From the NCBI GenBank assembly GCA_009844405.1, contig VYBO01000043.1:4927-68926 (forward strand): DNA of 64,000 nucleotides, in the 5' to 3' direction. This stretch comes from Acidimicrobiaceae bacterium. GTDB taxonomy: Bacteria; Actinomycetota; Acidimicrobiia; Acidimicrobiales; Aldehydirespiratoraceae. Of this stretch, positions 53,925-63,199 are shown one piece after another. The notes beneath the pieces are model-generated. The model saw only the letters and a list, made by a program, of their open reading frames with translations, had not been told where the DNA came from and searched no databases. Made by a program: the position numbers and the translations under genes. Within the stretch, counting starts at the first letter, position 1; every line of letters starts with the position of its first letter.

Positions 53925-55094
53925 TCAGGGGCCCGCGGTGGCCTGCTCGATGTGGGCCTTGATCCCCTCCACCACCCGCTGCATGTTGCTCCGGTGCTCG
54001 GCCATTCGACGGTCGATGATGCGGGGCTCCAGGTCGGGGCGGGCTGAGATGATCTCGTCGAGCCCGGAGGGGCCGGGACCGAGGATGCCCCGGAAGCGCA
54101 GCCGGGTGCCGCCCACAACGGGCTCGAGCTCGAAGCGCCAGCGGGCGCCGGGGTTGCCGACGTCGCTGGTGCACCAGCCGAACGCGACCTGCTCGGTGAA
54201 CACGTCCACGAAGCACCGGGCCTCCCAGTCCCCCCGGCCCGGGTGATGATTGCGGCCCACGAAACAGGCGCCCAGAGACGGGCCGTCGTGGCCGCCGGTC
54301 CATTCGGCCCCCTGGAACTCCTCGGAGAACCGCGCTGGCAGGTTGATGTCGGTCACCTCGGCCCACACTGCGGCCGGCTCGGCCCGGACGTCCGCCTCCA
54401 CGACCGTGCCGGGACCGTCGGCGATGCGCACCGGGTCGCTGGGCCCTCGCTCGTAGGTGCGGGCGTAGCCGTCGAAGTAGGCGATCTCGCGGGCCGGATG
54501 CCGCCGAGCCGGCTTGAAGTCGGTGCCGACGGTCCAGGCCACCGGGAACATGGCGATCTCGGTCACATCGTCGGGGATGCCGAGAAGTTCCTTGATCTCG
54601 GCGGCCTTGGCCAGACCGGCAGTGGTCCAGGCCGTGCCCAGGCCCCTGGCTCGCAGGGCCAGGCAGAAGCTCCACGCACTCTGGATCACCGAGTCGAACA
54701 GGCCGGGACGCCCGCTGCCGTCGTGACGGCCGAGGATCACCGGTATGACGATTGCGGGCACCTCGCCGAGGTGCTCGGCCAGATGACCCGCGGAGAGCAT
54801 GGCCCGCTCCCGGGGGTCCCCGGTGCCGGCCAGGCGGTCGCGGGCCTCGATCATGCGGTTGCCGATCACGTCGCGGTAGAGGTCGGCCAGCCGCTGCTTG
54901 AGCTCCGGATCACGCACGATGAGCCAGCGCCGGCTGCCCTGGTTGCCCCCGGTGGGGGCCTGCTCGGCGACTTCGATGCAGTCCAGGATGATCTCGTCGT
55001 CCACATCGCGCTCAAGGTCGAGGCGCCGTCGCACGGCGCGGGTGGTGGTGAGCACCTCGTCCACGGCCGCAGTCGTGCTCGGGTCAATCTCCAT
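53925..55094 (-). CDS. Nitroreductase-family domain fused to SRPBCC (START/polyketide-cyclase-like) domain
   Basis: N-terminal TTRAVRRRL....V.DEIILDCIEVAEQAPTGGNQGSRRWLIV is the nitroreductase signature. The C-terminal ~150 aa are SRPBCC-like. The track start at 55133 is an alternative. Confidence 0.75.
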   Translation of the reverse strand: MEIDPSTTAAVDEVLTTTRAVRRRLDLERDVDDEIILDCIEVAEQAPTGGNQGSRRWLIVRDPELKQRLADLYRDVIGNRMIEARDRLAGTGDPRERAMLSAGHLAEHLGEVPAIVIPVILGRHDGSGRPGLFDSVIQSAWSFCLALRARGLGTAWTTAGLAKAAEIKELLGIPDDVTEIAMFPVAWTVGTDFKPARRHPAREIAYFDGYARTYERGPSDPVRIADGPGTVVEADVRAEPAAVWAEVTDINLPARFSEEFQGAEWTGGHDGPSLGACFVGRNHHPGRGDWEARCFVDVFTEQVAFGWCTSDVGNPGARWRFELEPVVGGTRLRFRGILGPGPSGLDEIISARPDLEPRIIDRRMAEHRSNMQRVVEGIKAHIEQATAGP

Positions 55095-55614
55095 CTGAGT
55101 CCTCACTGCTCTGCCGGCTGTCGCGGATCTCACGCACCTCGTTCACGTCCCGGACATCGGGACCGCCCGGGTGGAACCCACCGGCACCGCCCGAGCTGTA
55201 GCCGAAGCCGAACCCGCCTCGACCGCCGGGGCCAGCAGACCATCCCCCGACGGTGACCTTCTTCGAGAAGTGACGCATCAGCAGCGACCTGACCAGCACA
55301 CGGGTGGGAAAGAACAGCAACAGCAGCCCGACCGCGTCGGTGATGAAACCGGGCGTGAGCATCAACGCGCCCGCCACGAGGATCAGCAACCCGTCCACCA
55401 ACTCGGCGGCAGGCAGCTCGCCACGGCTCAGGCGGGCCCGGATCTGGTTGAGCACACCCAGCCCGGAGCGGCGCACCATCCACGCGCCCACCACCGAGAC
55501 CCCGACCAGCAGCACGATGGTCTGGCCGGTCCCCATCCCGCCGGCCACACCGATGATCACATACAGCTCCAGCAGCGGCACGCAGAGCAGCGCCAGGAGC
55601 AGCAGGCCGAACAC
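55084..55614 (-). CDS. fxsA: FxsA-family cytoplasmic membrane protein
   Basis: LLELYVIIGVAG..G..QTI.L......G........G...L..........P..E..DG.LILVAGALMLTPGFITD is the FxsA hallmark. GTG at 55614. Confidence 0.8.
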   Translation of the reverse strand: MFGLLLLALLCVPLLELYVIIGVAGGMGTGQTIVLLVGVSVVGAWMVRRSGLGVLNQIRARLSRGELPAAELVDGLLILVAGALMLTPGFITDAVGLLLLFFPTRVLVRSLLMRHFSKKVTVGGWSAGPGGRGGFGFGYSSGGAGGFHPGGPDVRDVNEVREIRDSRQSSEDSDGD

Positions 55615-55646
55615 GCCCCCAGCGTATGGGCGCAATCCCCCGCTGG

Positions 55647-55735
55647 ATTCTCGGGTCGGTTGTAGGCGCTGTACGCGAAGAACCAACCCGAGAATCCGCC
55701 GACACAATCTCGGGTCGGTTGTACGCGCTGTACGC
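55647..55735 (+). promoter_or_regulatory. L1-R-L2 alternative-pairing element in the fxsA/selA divergent region
   Basis: L1 attctcgggtcggtt (55647-55661) and R aaccaacccgagaat (55681-55695) are complementary at 14 of 15 positions. A 28-nt copy of L1 plus its loop recurs at 55708-55735 with 1 mismatch. Confidence 0.5.
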
Positions 55736-55760
55736 CCCCACTCGCGGCGTGCCTAGCCTT

Positions 55761-57050
55761 GTGGCCGACGTGCCGACCCAGGATCGACCGCCCTCCGTCG
55801 ACCGGCTAGCCCGCTCACTGGCCGGGACCGGACTGCCCCATGCGCTTCTGGTCGACGCGGCCCGGGCCGCGGTGGCGGCCGGGGACCCCGGCTCGGCCGG
55901 AGCCCGGGCCGAGCGCATCCGCCGGCGGCTGCTGTCGCCGGTGATCAACGGGACCGGCGTGCTGCTGCACACCAACCTCGGCCGGGCGCCGCTGGCCTGG
56001 AGCCAGAGCGCCGGCTACTCGAACCTGGAGCTGGATCTCGAGACCGGCGAACGCGGCGACCGGCAGGCCGGCGCGCCCGCGCTGCTGGCCCGGGCCTGCG
56101 GGGCCGAGGCCGCGATGGCGGTGAACAACTGCGCCTCGGCGGTGATGCTGGTGCTGGCCGCGCTGGCCGAGGGCCGCGACGCGGTGGTCTCCCGGGGCGA
56201 GCTGGTGGAGATCGGCGGCGGGTTCAGGGTTCCCGACGTGATGGCATGGTCGGGTGCCCGGCTGGTGGAGGTCGGGACCACCAACCGCACCCGCCGGGCC
56301 GACTTCGCGGCCGCCGTCGCCGACGGTGCCAACGATGTGGCCGTGGTGGTGCAGGTGCACCAGTCGAACTTCCGGGTGGTGGGCTACACCGAGGCGCCCC
56401 GTACCGCGGAGCTGGCCGGCCTGGGGCCGCCGCTGGTGGCCGACATCGGCTCGGGGCTGCTCGACAGCCGCTGCCCGTGGCTGGACCGCGGGCCGCCGCC
56501 GTGGCTGGACCGGGAGCCGGCCGCCCGCCAGACGCTCGAGGCCGGCGCCGCGCTGGTGACGTTCTCCGGCGACAAGCTACTGGGCGGGCCTCAGGCCGGC
56601 ATCATCGCCGGGCGGGCCGATCTGGTCGAAGCCTGCCGCCGCCACCGGCTGGCTCGGGCCCTGCGGCCCGGGTCACTGGTGCTGGCCGCGCTGCAGCAAA
56701 CCGCGCTGGCCTACCTGCGCCAGGACGGCCAGGCCATCGACTTCTGGCGCATGGCCGCGCCAACACCGGCCCAGCTTCGAGAGCGTCTCGGCGCCTACGA
56801 GGGCCTGCAGGAGGTGAGCACCGCGGCCACGCCCGGAGGGGGCACTCTGCCCGGTGTCGAGATCGAGTCGGTGGGCGTGGCCGTGCCCGGCGACCATGTG
56901 AGCCGGCTGAGGTCGCGGCCCCGTCCGATCATCGCCCGGGTCGCCGACGGCGCCACCGTGGTCGACCTCCGCACCGTCCACCCCGACGACGACGCCGAGG
57001 TGGCCGCGGCCCTGCGCGAGGCTGCCGACGTCACCGAACCACCCGCCTGA
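55761..57050 (+). CDS. selA: L-seryl-tRNA(Sec) selenium transferase
   Basis: VINGTGVLLHTNLGRAPL, GGGFRVPDV, and FSGDKLLGGPQAGII with the PLP lysine. The start is a GTG at 55761 or 55770. Confidence 0.85.
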   Translation: MADVPTQDRPPSVDRLARSLAGTGLPHALLVDAARAAVAAGDPGSAGARAERIRRRLLSPVINGTGVLLHTNLGRAPLAWSQSAGYSNLELDLETGERGDRQAGAPALLARACGAEAAMAVNNCASAVMLVLAALAEGRDAVVSRGELVEIGGGFRVPDVMAWSGARLVEVGTTNRTRRADFAAAVADGANDVAVVVQVHQSNFRVVGYTEAPRTAELAGLGPPLVADIGSGLLDSRCPWLDRGPPPWLDREPAARQTLEAGAALVTFSGDKLLGGPQAGIIAGRADLVEACRRHRLARALRPGSLVLAALQQTALAYLRQDGQAIDFWRMAAPTPAQLRERLGAYEGLQEVSTAATPGGGTLPGVEIESVGVAVPGDHVSRLRSRPRPIIARVADGATVVDLRTVHPDDDAEVAAALREAADVTEPPA

Positions 57051-57052
57051 CC

Positions 57053-57100
57053 GAATTGGCAGCAGAATGCCCCCTATACGGCGCATAATGCTGCCAATTC
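57053..57100 (+). promoter_or_regulatory. Perfect 12-bp stem hairpin (24-nt structured loop) in the selA-selB spacer, locally AT-richer
   Basis: gaattggcagca (57053-57064) and tgctgccaattc (57089-57100) are exact complements. An inner atgc/gcat pair can extend the stem. Confidence 0.5.
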
Positions 57101-57131
57101 CGATTCCCGCCGCCGAGACGGCCGACCGTCC

Positions 57132-58850
57132 ATGCACGTAGTCGCCACCGCGGGCCACGTAGACCACGGCAAGAGCACGCTGGTGCGGGCTCTCACCGGC
57201 ACCGACCCCGACCGCCTGGCCGAGGAGAAGGAGCGGGGCCTCACCATCGACCTGGGCTTCGCGTCGATGCCGCTGCCGTCGGGACGGCAGATCGCCTTCA
57301 TCGACGTGCCCGGCCATGTCCGCTTCCTCAAGAACATGCTGGCCGGGGTGAGCGGGGTGGACGCCTGCGTGTTCGTGGTCGACGTCACCGAGGGATGGAA
57401 GCCGCAGTCCGAGGAGCACCTGCGGATCCTGCAACTGCTCGGCCTCGGCCACGGGCTGGTGGCCCTCACGAAGATGGACGAGGCCGACGACGACCTGGTG
57501 GAGCTGGCCCGCCTCGACGTGGCCGAGCACGTGGCGGGCACGTTCCTGGCCGACGCGCCGATCGTGGCCACCGACGCGGTGACCGGGACCGGCATCGACG
57601 CGCTCGTCGACGCGCTGGACGGCCTGCTGGCCCTGACCCCCACCTCAGCCGACCGCCACCGGCCCCGGCTCTGGGTGGACCGGGCCTTCGCCATAAAGGG
57701 CTCGGGAACGGTGGTGACCGGCACGCTGACCGGCGGCGCGCTCACCGCCGACGACGCCCTGACCCTGCTTCCTTCCGGGCGCGGCGTGCGGGTGCGGGCC
57801 CTCCAGAGCCTTTACCGGCGGTGCGACCGGATCGGTCCCGGCAACCGGGTGGCGGTCAACCTCGTCGGGGCGGGTCACCGCGACGTGGATCGGGGAGATG
57901 CCGTAGTGCGGGCCGAGCAGTGGCACACCACCGACACCATCGATGCCGAGCTGTCGGTGCTGGCCTCGCTCGACCATCCGGTCACGCGGCGGGGCGCCTA
58001 TGCGGCCTACATCGGGTCGGGCGAGCATCCGGTGCGGCTGCGGGTGCTGGGGCCGGCGGCCATCGAGCCGGGGAGGACCGGGCTCGTCCGCCTGCACCTG
58101 CCGCTGCGTCTGCCGCTCTGCATGGGCGACCGGTTCATCCTGCGCGAGTCGGGCCGGTCCGAGACGGTCGGGGGTGGCGAGGTTCTCGATGTGGAGCCGG
58201 TGCTGCCCGCGTCCAGGGCACGCCCCGACCGCTCAGTGGACCGGATCATCGCGGAGCGGGGCCGCATCGACGCGGCCCGCTTGGAGCGGATGACCGGTAT
58301 CGCCCGCCCAGCCGACCTGGAGCGGTGGGCGGTGGCGCCCGAGCACCTTGAGCAGACCAGCCGGCGGCTGACCGGGGCCGTGGAAGCGGCCGGGCCGCTC
58401 GGTCTCGATCTGGCCGGCCTCGACGACTTCGAGCGGGCTGTGATCGACGCCACCGAAGGCATCGACTCGGTCGAGGGGCGGGCCCGGCCCGCCGGGGGCA
58501 CCGATCCACTGGCCGGCCACCCGTTCGTGAAGGCGGCCGAGGCCGCCCCGTTCGCACCGCCCGCTCCCGACGGCGTCGGCGGCGACGAGCTGCGCCTGCT
58601 GGTGCGGCAGGGTCGGCTGGTCGAGAGCGGCGGCATCCACTTCGGGGCGGACGCGGTCGCCGAGGCGGCGCGGGTGGTGGCCCGGCTGCTGGCCGGCAAG
58701 CCCGAAGGGGTGACGGTGGCCGAGGTCCGCGACGCCTGGGGCACGACCCGCAAGTACGCCCTGGCCCTGCTGGCCCGGCTGGACGGCACGGGCGTCACTC
58801 GCAGGCGGGGGGACCTGCGCATCGCCGGGTCGCGGCTGCCTCAGGTGTAG
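57132..58850 (+). CDS. selB: Selenocysteine-specific translation elongation factor
   Basis: GTPase motifs VATAGHVDHGKSTL, DVPGH and LTKMD, followed by EF-Tu-like domains II/III and C-terminal winged-helix repeats. Confidence 0.9.
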   Translation: MHVVATAGHVDHGKSTLVRALTGTDPDRLAEEKERGLTIDLGFASMPLPSGRQIAFIDVPGHVRFLKNMLAGVSGVDACVFVVDVTEGWKPQSEEHLRILQLLGLGHGLVALTKMDEADDDLVELARLDVAEHVAGTFLADAPIVATDAVTGTGIDALVDALDGLLALTPTSADRHRPRLWVDRAFAIKGSGTVVTGTLTGGALTADDALTLLPSGRGVRVRALQSLYRRCDRIGPGNRVAVNLVGAGHRDVDRGDAVVRAEQWHTTDTIDAELSVLASLDHPVTRRGAYAAYIGSGEHPVRLRVLGPAAIEPGRTGLVRLHLPLRLPLCMGDRFILRESGRSETVGGGEVLDVEPVLPASRARPDRSVDRIIAERGRIDAARLERMTGIARPADLERWAVAPEHLEQTSRRLTGAVEAAGPLGLDLAGLDDFERAVIDATEGIDSVEGRARPAGGTDPLAGHPFVKAAEAAPFAPPAPDGVGGDELRLLVRQGRLVESGGIHFGADAVAEAARVVARLLAGKPEGVTVAEVRDAWGTTRKYALALLARLDGTGVTRRRGDLRIAGSRLPQV

Positions 58851-58879
58851 GTCGGGTACTCCAGACCGGGACCCGCAGA

Positions 58880-59149
58880 TCAGGTGCGGGCCATGCGCAG
58901 CAGGAGGTCGCGCCGCTCGATCTCGTTGAGGCCGCCCCATATGCCGTGCTGCTCGCCGATGTCGAGCGCGTACGTCAGGCAGTCGGGCTGCACCGAGCAT
59001 GAGGCGCAGATGTCCTTGGCCCGGAGCTCGCGGCGCCGCTTCTCGTCGCGCTTCTCGACGTAGGGAGGCGGGAAGAAAACCGAGGCGTGCGGCCCCCGGC
59101 AAGCAGCCCGCAGCTGCCATTCGACTTCCTCGCGCGAAGCGAACCTCAT
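58880..59149 (-). CDS. whiB: WhiB-family transcription factor
   Basis: The four Cys (C..C....C..CSVQPDC) and the GIWGGL turn are canonical WhiB-like features. Confidence 0.9.
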   Translation of the reverse strand: MRFASREEVEWQLRAACRGPHASVFFPPPYVEKRDEKRRRELRAKDICASCSVQPDCLTYALDIGEQHGIWGGLNEIERRDLLLRMART

Positions 59150-59251
59150 AGGTGTGCGCCTCCTCCGACTGAGGAACTAGCACACGCACCTGCAGAGATA
59201 CAAGCCGCCGGAGAGCCTTTTTCGGACTTCGGCCGCGGCTGCCGTCGGGTC

Positions 59252-60607
59252 TCAGGGGGCGTTCGCAGCCTCAGGATCCTCAGGCGGGCCGTCCTCAGGG
59301 TCGACCGGTTCCACCGTGAGGATCAGTCCTTCCAGCGCCATGACGCGCACCGGGTCGCCACCGGAGATGGGGGTGGCCCGCTGGGTTCGGGCCCTCCACG
59401 GGGCGCCGTCGATCACCACCACCCCTTCGGGGTCGACGTCGTCGCGGGCCACGCCGAGCGACCCGATCATCCAGTCGCGTCCGATCGTCGGGGTGCCGTA
59501 GCGGGTTCGCACCATGGCGGGCATGCCGGCCACCATCCCGGCGAACACCCCGACGATCCCCGCCACCAGCGTGATCCACGACAGCAGCAGGCCGGCGAAC
59601 AGGGTCAGCGACCCGGCCACCAGGCACACGGTGGCGATCACCGTCCACACCCTGGGCACGCCGATCTGTATGTCCACCGCATAGCCGAACATGGCCACCA
59701 GCAGCAGCGCGACGGCCCAGCCCCGGACCGGCAGCGCCGCCAGCCCGTAGCAGCCGAGCAGGAAGGTGATGGCGCCGATCCCGCCGGCGATGCCCACGCC
59801 CGCGGTGTAGAGCTCGAAGACGAGCAGCCCGCCGCCCACTAGGAACAGCAGGTAGGCGACCGCGGGGCTGGCCGCGACGTGCATGAACTGGTCGAGCAGC
59901 GCCAGCTTGGCGAACCGGACCCGGCTCACCGGGACCCGCAGCGGCTCGCCGCCCGATTCGTCGATCTCCGTCTCGAAGCCGGGCAGGTCGAGCACGAAGA
60001 AGGGCAGGGTCGGCGCCTCCCGGGCCACGCCGAGTTCGATGGCCTCCGCGAAGGAGACGGTGGAGGAGCGCATGCTCGGGTAGGCCCGGGCGAAGGTCTC
60101 CGTCAGGTGCCCGGCCGGCAGTACCGGTGGACCGAGGTCACCCAGTTCGGAGCCGGGAGCGAGGGCCAGGTCGGTGACCACCCCGGCGAGCTGTCCCACC
60201 CCGCCGCGGGCCTCGGCGCCGGACGGACCGACCCACATCGTGACCGGCACTCCCGCACCGGCGATGCGGTCGGCCAGCTCACGAAGCCGCTGGTCGTCGA
60301 CGGTGGCCCGGGAGCTGTTCACCTGCAGCACCAGGCTCAGCGAGCCGTCGGCCTCGGCCTTGTCGATGGACCGCTCGATGAAGTCGGCCATTATCGGGTC
60401 GAGATAGCCAGAGACTTCTACGACGTCCACCACTCCCGGCGCTGCCTGGGCGGCACGGTCGCCTGCCTGCGCGACGGCGCCGCCTGACTGCGCGGCAACG
60501 CCGGTCGTGTTCGAGGCGGCAGCCGCCGCCGGCAAGCCCAGTGCCAGTGCCGCCGCCAGCAGAACGCCCGCGAGCGAGAGCACGCGGACCCGCCGGGTGA
60601 GCCTCAT
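59252..60607 (-). CDS. nfeD: NfeD-family membrane-bound serine protease (ClpP-class) with C-terminal OB domain
   Basis: Signal peptide, a ClpP-like domain (VVEVSGYLDPIMADFIERSI), 4-5 TM segments, and an NfeD OB-fold C-terminus (GVARDDVDPEGVVVIDGAPWRART). ATG at 60607. The track ORF start reads through the dispersed element. Confidence 0.8.
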   Translation of the reverse strand: MRLTRRVRVLSLAGVLLAAALALGLPAAAAASNTTGVAAQSGGAVAQAGDRAAQAAPGVVDVVEVSGYLDPIMADFIERSIDKAEADGSLSLVLQVNSSRATVDDQRLRELADRIAGAGVPVTMWVGPSGAEARGGVGQLAGVVTDLALAPGSELGDLGPPVLPAGHLTETFARAYPSMRSSTVSFAEAIELGVAREAPTLPFFVLDLPGFETEIDESGGEPLRVPVSRVRFAKLALLDQFMHVAASPAVAYLLFLVGGGLLVFELYTAGVGIAGGIGAITFLLGCYGLAALPVRGWAVALLLVAMFGYAVDIQIGVPRVWTVIATVCLVAGSLTLFAGLLLSWITLVAGIVGVFAGMVAGMPAMVRTRYGTPTIGRDWMIGSLGVARDDVDPEGVVVIDGAPWRARTQRATPISGGDPVRVMALEGLILTVEPVDPEDGPPEDPEAANAP

Positions 60608-60645
60608 CGGACGACGCAGTATGGAGCGGTGCCGCCGTCGGAGTA

Positions 60646-60738
60646 TCTCCCGCTCTTGTTCGCTCCGCTCACCGGCCGCTCGGGCCACGGTCTCGCCAGT
60701 ATGAACCGGAATCGCTCGCCTGCCCGCTCGGCCGCTAG
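60646..60738 (-). repeat. MIRU/REP-like dispersed element, long form (copy 5)
   Basis: The reverse complement reads ctagcggccgagcgggcaggcgagcg...gcgagaccgtggcccgagcggccggtgagcggagcgaacaagagcgggaga. Its CTAG supplies the TAG stop of the STAS gene. Confidence 0.9.
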
Positions 60739-61088
60739 GCGTCCGGATCGCGGTCGAGGGCTCCGACGGCGGCATCGAGGGTCTCTTCCACCGGCACGAT
60801 GCGGTCGAAGCCGGTGGTGTGCAGCAGGCGGAGCAGCGTGGTGCCGTTGCAGTACACCACTACCCTGCCCTCGTTCTCGCGGACGCGGCGGATCCCGCCG
60901 ATGAGCGCGCCGAGACCGGCCGAGTCGATGAAGGGCACGCCGCAGAGATCGACCACGAGGCGGCCCGAGGTGGCGTGCTCGGCCAGCGCCTCGCGGAACT
61001 GGGCGACGGTGTAGGCATCGAGTTCCCCGGTGGGGCGAAGCAGGTGGTACGACGCTGCCTCGTTGTGGAGAGACTCGATGTCCAGCAC
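60735..61088 (-). CDS. STAS-domain anti-sigma-factor antagonist (SpoIIAA-like)
   Basis: LRPTGELDAYTVAQFREAL......LVVDLCGVPFIDSAGLGALIGG is the STAS signature with the DS(A/S)G phosphorylatable serine region. Confidence 0.85.
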   Translation of the reverse strand: MLDIESLHNEAASYHLLRPTGELDAYTVAQFREALAEHATSGRLVVDLCGVPFIDSAGLGALIGGIRRVRENEGRVVVYCNGTTLLRLLHTTGFDRIVPVEETLDAAVGALDRDPDA

Positions 61089-61153
61089 GGGCAGGAGGAT
61101 ATACCGCCGCTGCGGACATCGGGGGCAGCCGGCAGGCCGGTACTATCTGCGCC

Positions 61154-61534
61154 GTGGCCGACGTGTTGCTGGTTACCGACGCCGACTGGATCGCGGAGCA
61201 GTGCGAGGCGGCACTGAGCGGCGACCACCGCCTTCACCGGGTGAGGCAGGGCGCGGACACCCTCGAGGCGATCGAGCTTGTCGAACCCCATCTGGTGCTG
61301 CTCGACCTGCAGGTCGGCAACATGGGCGGCATGGCGGCATGCCTTGCCGTCCGCCAGGAGGAGGACATGGGCCGGCTGGAGCCCCGGCCGGTGATCATGC
61401 TGCTCGACCGCGACGCCGACGAGTTCCTGGCCCGCCGCAGCTCTGCCGACGCCTGGCTGGTGAAGCCGATCAACCCGATGGCGCTGGCCCGCCTGGTGGC
61501 GTCCACCCTGGCCGAAGCGGCCGCTCCGGCCTGA
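61154..61534 (+). CDS. Single-domain response regulator (receiver domain only)
   Basis: LLVTDAD...PHLVLLDLQVGNMGG...LVKP is a CheY-like receiver with the phospho-acceptor Asp in LLDLQ. GTG start. Confidence 0.8.
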   Translation: MADVLLVTDADWIAEQCEAALSGDHRLHRVRQGADTLEAIELVEPHLVLLDLQVGNMGGMAACLAVRQEEDMGRLEPRPVIMLLDRDADEFLARRSSADAWLVKPINPMALARLVASTLAEAAAPA

Positions 61535-61555
61535 GAGCGTGGCCGGCGAGCGGTT

Positions 61556-61608
61556 CCCCGCTCGTGTTCGCTTCGACCAGAGGGCCGCTCGGGCCCGGCC
61601 TCGGCTAG
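61556..61608 (-). repeat. MIRU/REP-like dispersed element, degenerate short form (copy 6, antisense to neighbours)
   Basis: ccccgctcgtgttcgcttcgaccagagggccgctcgggcccggcctcggctag aligns to the minus-orientation consensus with several substitutions. Confidence 0.7.
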
Positions 61609-61626
61609 CATCTCCGGCGCTGCACA

Positions 61627-61700
61627 CGGGCAGTGGCGCAGCTTGGTAGCGCGCCTCGTTCGGGACGAGGAGGTCGTGGGTTCAAATCCCGCCTGCCCGA
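61627..61700 (+). tRNA. tRNA-Pro (anticodon CGG)
   Basis: Manual cloverleaf: acceptor CGGGCAG/CTGCCCG, D-arm GCGC-AGCTTGGTA-GCGC, anticodon stem CCTCG/CGAGG with loop TTCGGGA, variable AGGTC, T-arm GTGGG-TTCAAAT-CCCGC (G-U closing pair), discriminator A. CCA is not encoded. Confidence 0.9.
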
Positions 61701-61736
61701 CTCTTGTGATGTGTCGCGGGACGCGACGCGAGGCGG

Positions 61737-62786
61737 TCAGGGGCCCAGGAGGGTGACGGGCACGACGGCGATGTCGTCAACGGTCTCGAATGCTCGTCCC
61801 GCCGCGGTCAGCACGATCAGGCGCGAGGGCTCGCCGGCCTGCTGGGTGTCCACCCTGCTGCGGACACGGCGCAGGGACTCGACGGCCGAGGCGACGGCGT
61901 CAGCGCCGCCGAGCTTGATCTCCACAGCCGCCCAGTCGCCGGCGCCGCGAGTGATTATGGCGTCGGCCTCGAGGTTCTTGGAGTCGAGGTAGTAGCGAAC
62001 CTCGGCTCTCGCCGCCTGTGCGTAGACCCGCAGGTCGCGCAGGGCCAGAGACTCGAACAGCAGCCCGAGGGCGGCGAGGTCGGCCCGAAGGCCCGCAGGC
62101 GAGGCCCGCAGCGCGGCCGCGGCCAGCGACGGGTCGGCGAAGTAGCGCTTGGGAGTCGACCGCAGCGTCGTGCTGCTGCGCAGATGGGTGGCCCACGCGG
62201 GCAGCGGCTCGACGACGAACGCCTCCTCCAGGCGGTCGAGGTACCTTCTCACGGTGTCGCGGTCCGACGGTCCGCCCGTGTTGGCGGAGTCGGCGATCAG
62301 GGTCCTCGCCGAGGCCGAAGTGCCCTCATTGCGGGCCAGTGACGTGATCAGGGCCAGCATCTTCAGCGGATCGTGGGTGACCTCGCCACCCCGGAGGTCC
62401 ACCATTGCGACGTCCCGGAGGTAGTCGCCTAGGCGGGCGCCGGCATCGGCAGGCTCCAGCGCGGTAAAGCGAGGGAACCCGCCCCGGCACACCAGTTCGG
62501 ACACTCGCAGCAGATCGGACTCTGGAGGATCGGCGCGGCACGGCCCGCCGGCCAGGAGACCGCTGAGCGAGATGCGGCCGGTCGAGTCTCCCGACTCGTA
62601 CAGCGACATCGGGCGCAGCCGCAGCCGCGCCACCCGGCCCGCGCCGCTGTGGTCGGTGATGGTGTAGGTGGGCCGGATCGATCCGGCCAGGATGAACTGC
62701 CCACAGGCGGCCCGGTCGTCGCAGGCGTGACGCATCGCGTTCCAGACCCCGTCACCTAGCAATACCGCAAAAAATACCCAGGCCAT
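61737..62786 (-). pseudogene. AAA+ ATPase with DUF4143 domain, N-terminally truncated (Walker A region missing)
   Basis: ...GQFILAGS...RLRLRPMSL.E...... and the C-terminal region PKRYFADPSLAAAAL...GLLFESLALRDLRVYA are typical of the AAA_14/DUF4143 family. Homology begins near the degenerate Walker B (VLLGDGVW). The upstream sequence is AT-richer. Confidence 0.6.
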
Positions 62787-62828
62787 ACCGCAGAATGCAC
62801 CTCGCCTGGGCGAACTACCTACGGGACG

Positions 62829-62862
62829 GAAGAACCCGTCCCGGTGGTGGGACGGGTTCTTC
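62829..62862. other. Perfect 14-bp stem / 6-nt loop hairpin with an overlapping alternative 7-bp stem
   Basis: gaagaacccgtccc (62829-62842) and gggacgggttcttc (62849-62862) are exact complements. gggacgg (62823-62829) can alternatively pair with ccgtccc (62836-62842). Confidence 0.6.
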
Positions 62863-63199
62863 AGCGGCGCCGGCATGACCGACGCACCCCGGCATCGCTG
62901 CTCCGGGGGTGCCGGGTTGGGTGATGGGCGCAGGCGCACGATCCTTGCGCCTTGCTCGGCGCTGCCCGGAAAGGAGATCATCAACAGGCAGGACGCCCAA
63001 CGGGGTGCCAATGGCCAGACACCCCCCAATCCCGGCGATGTTCCTGTCACTGCGGCACGGCGCTGCCTCCTCTGAACCTCACATGCCATTGTCCCGCGGA
63101 GGTGTGACACCGCTGCCGTCAGCCGCACGGTCCGGCGGCCCGCAGGACTGCGGACGGCCGGCGCTGCGCAAGCGACGCTCGGCAGTTACGGTCCGGCGT

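Noticed and set aside
55600-55760. Possible tRNA-Sec (selC) in the structured region upstream of selA.
   Set aside because: No TCA anticodon loop (cTTCAAa or its complement) is present. No acceptor or T-arm cloverleaf can be drawn on either strand. No tRNA-Sec, selD or obvious TGA-containing selenoprotein gene was found anywhere in the window.
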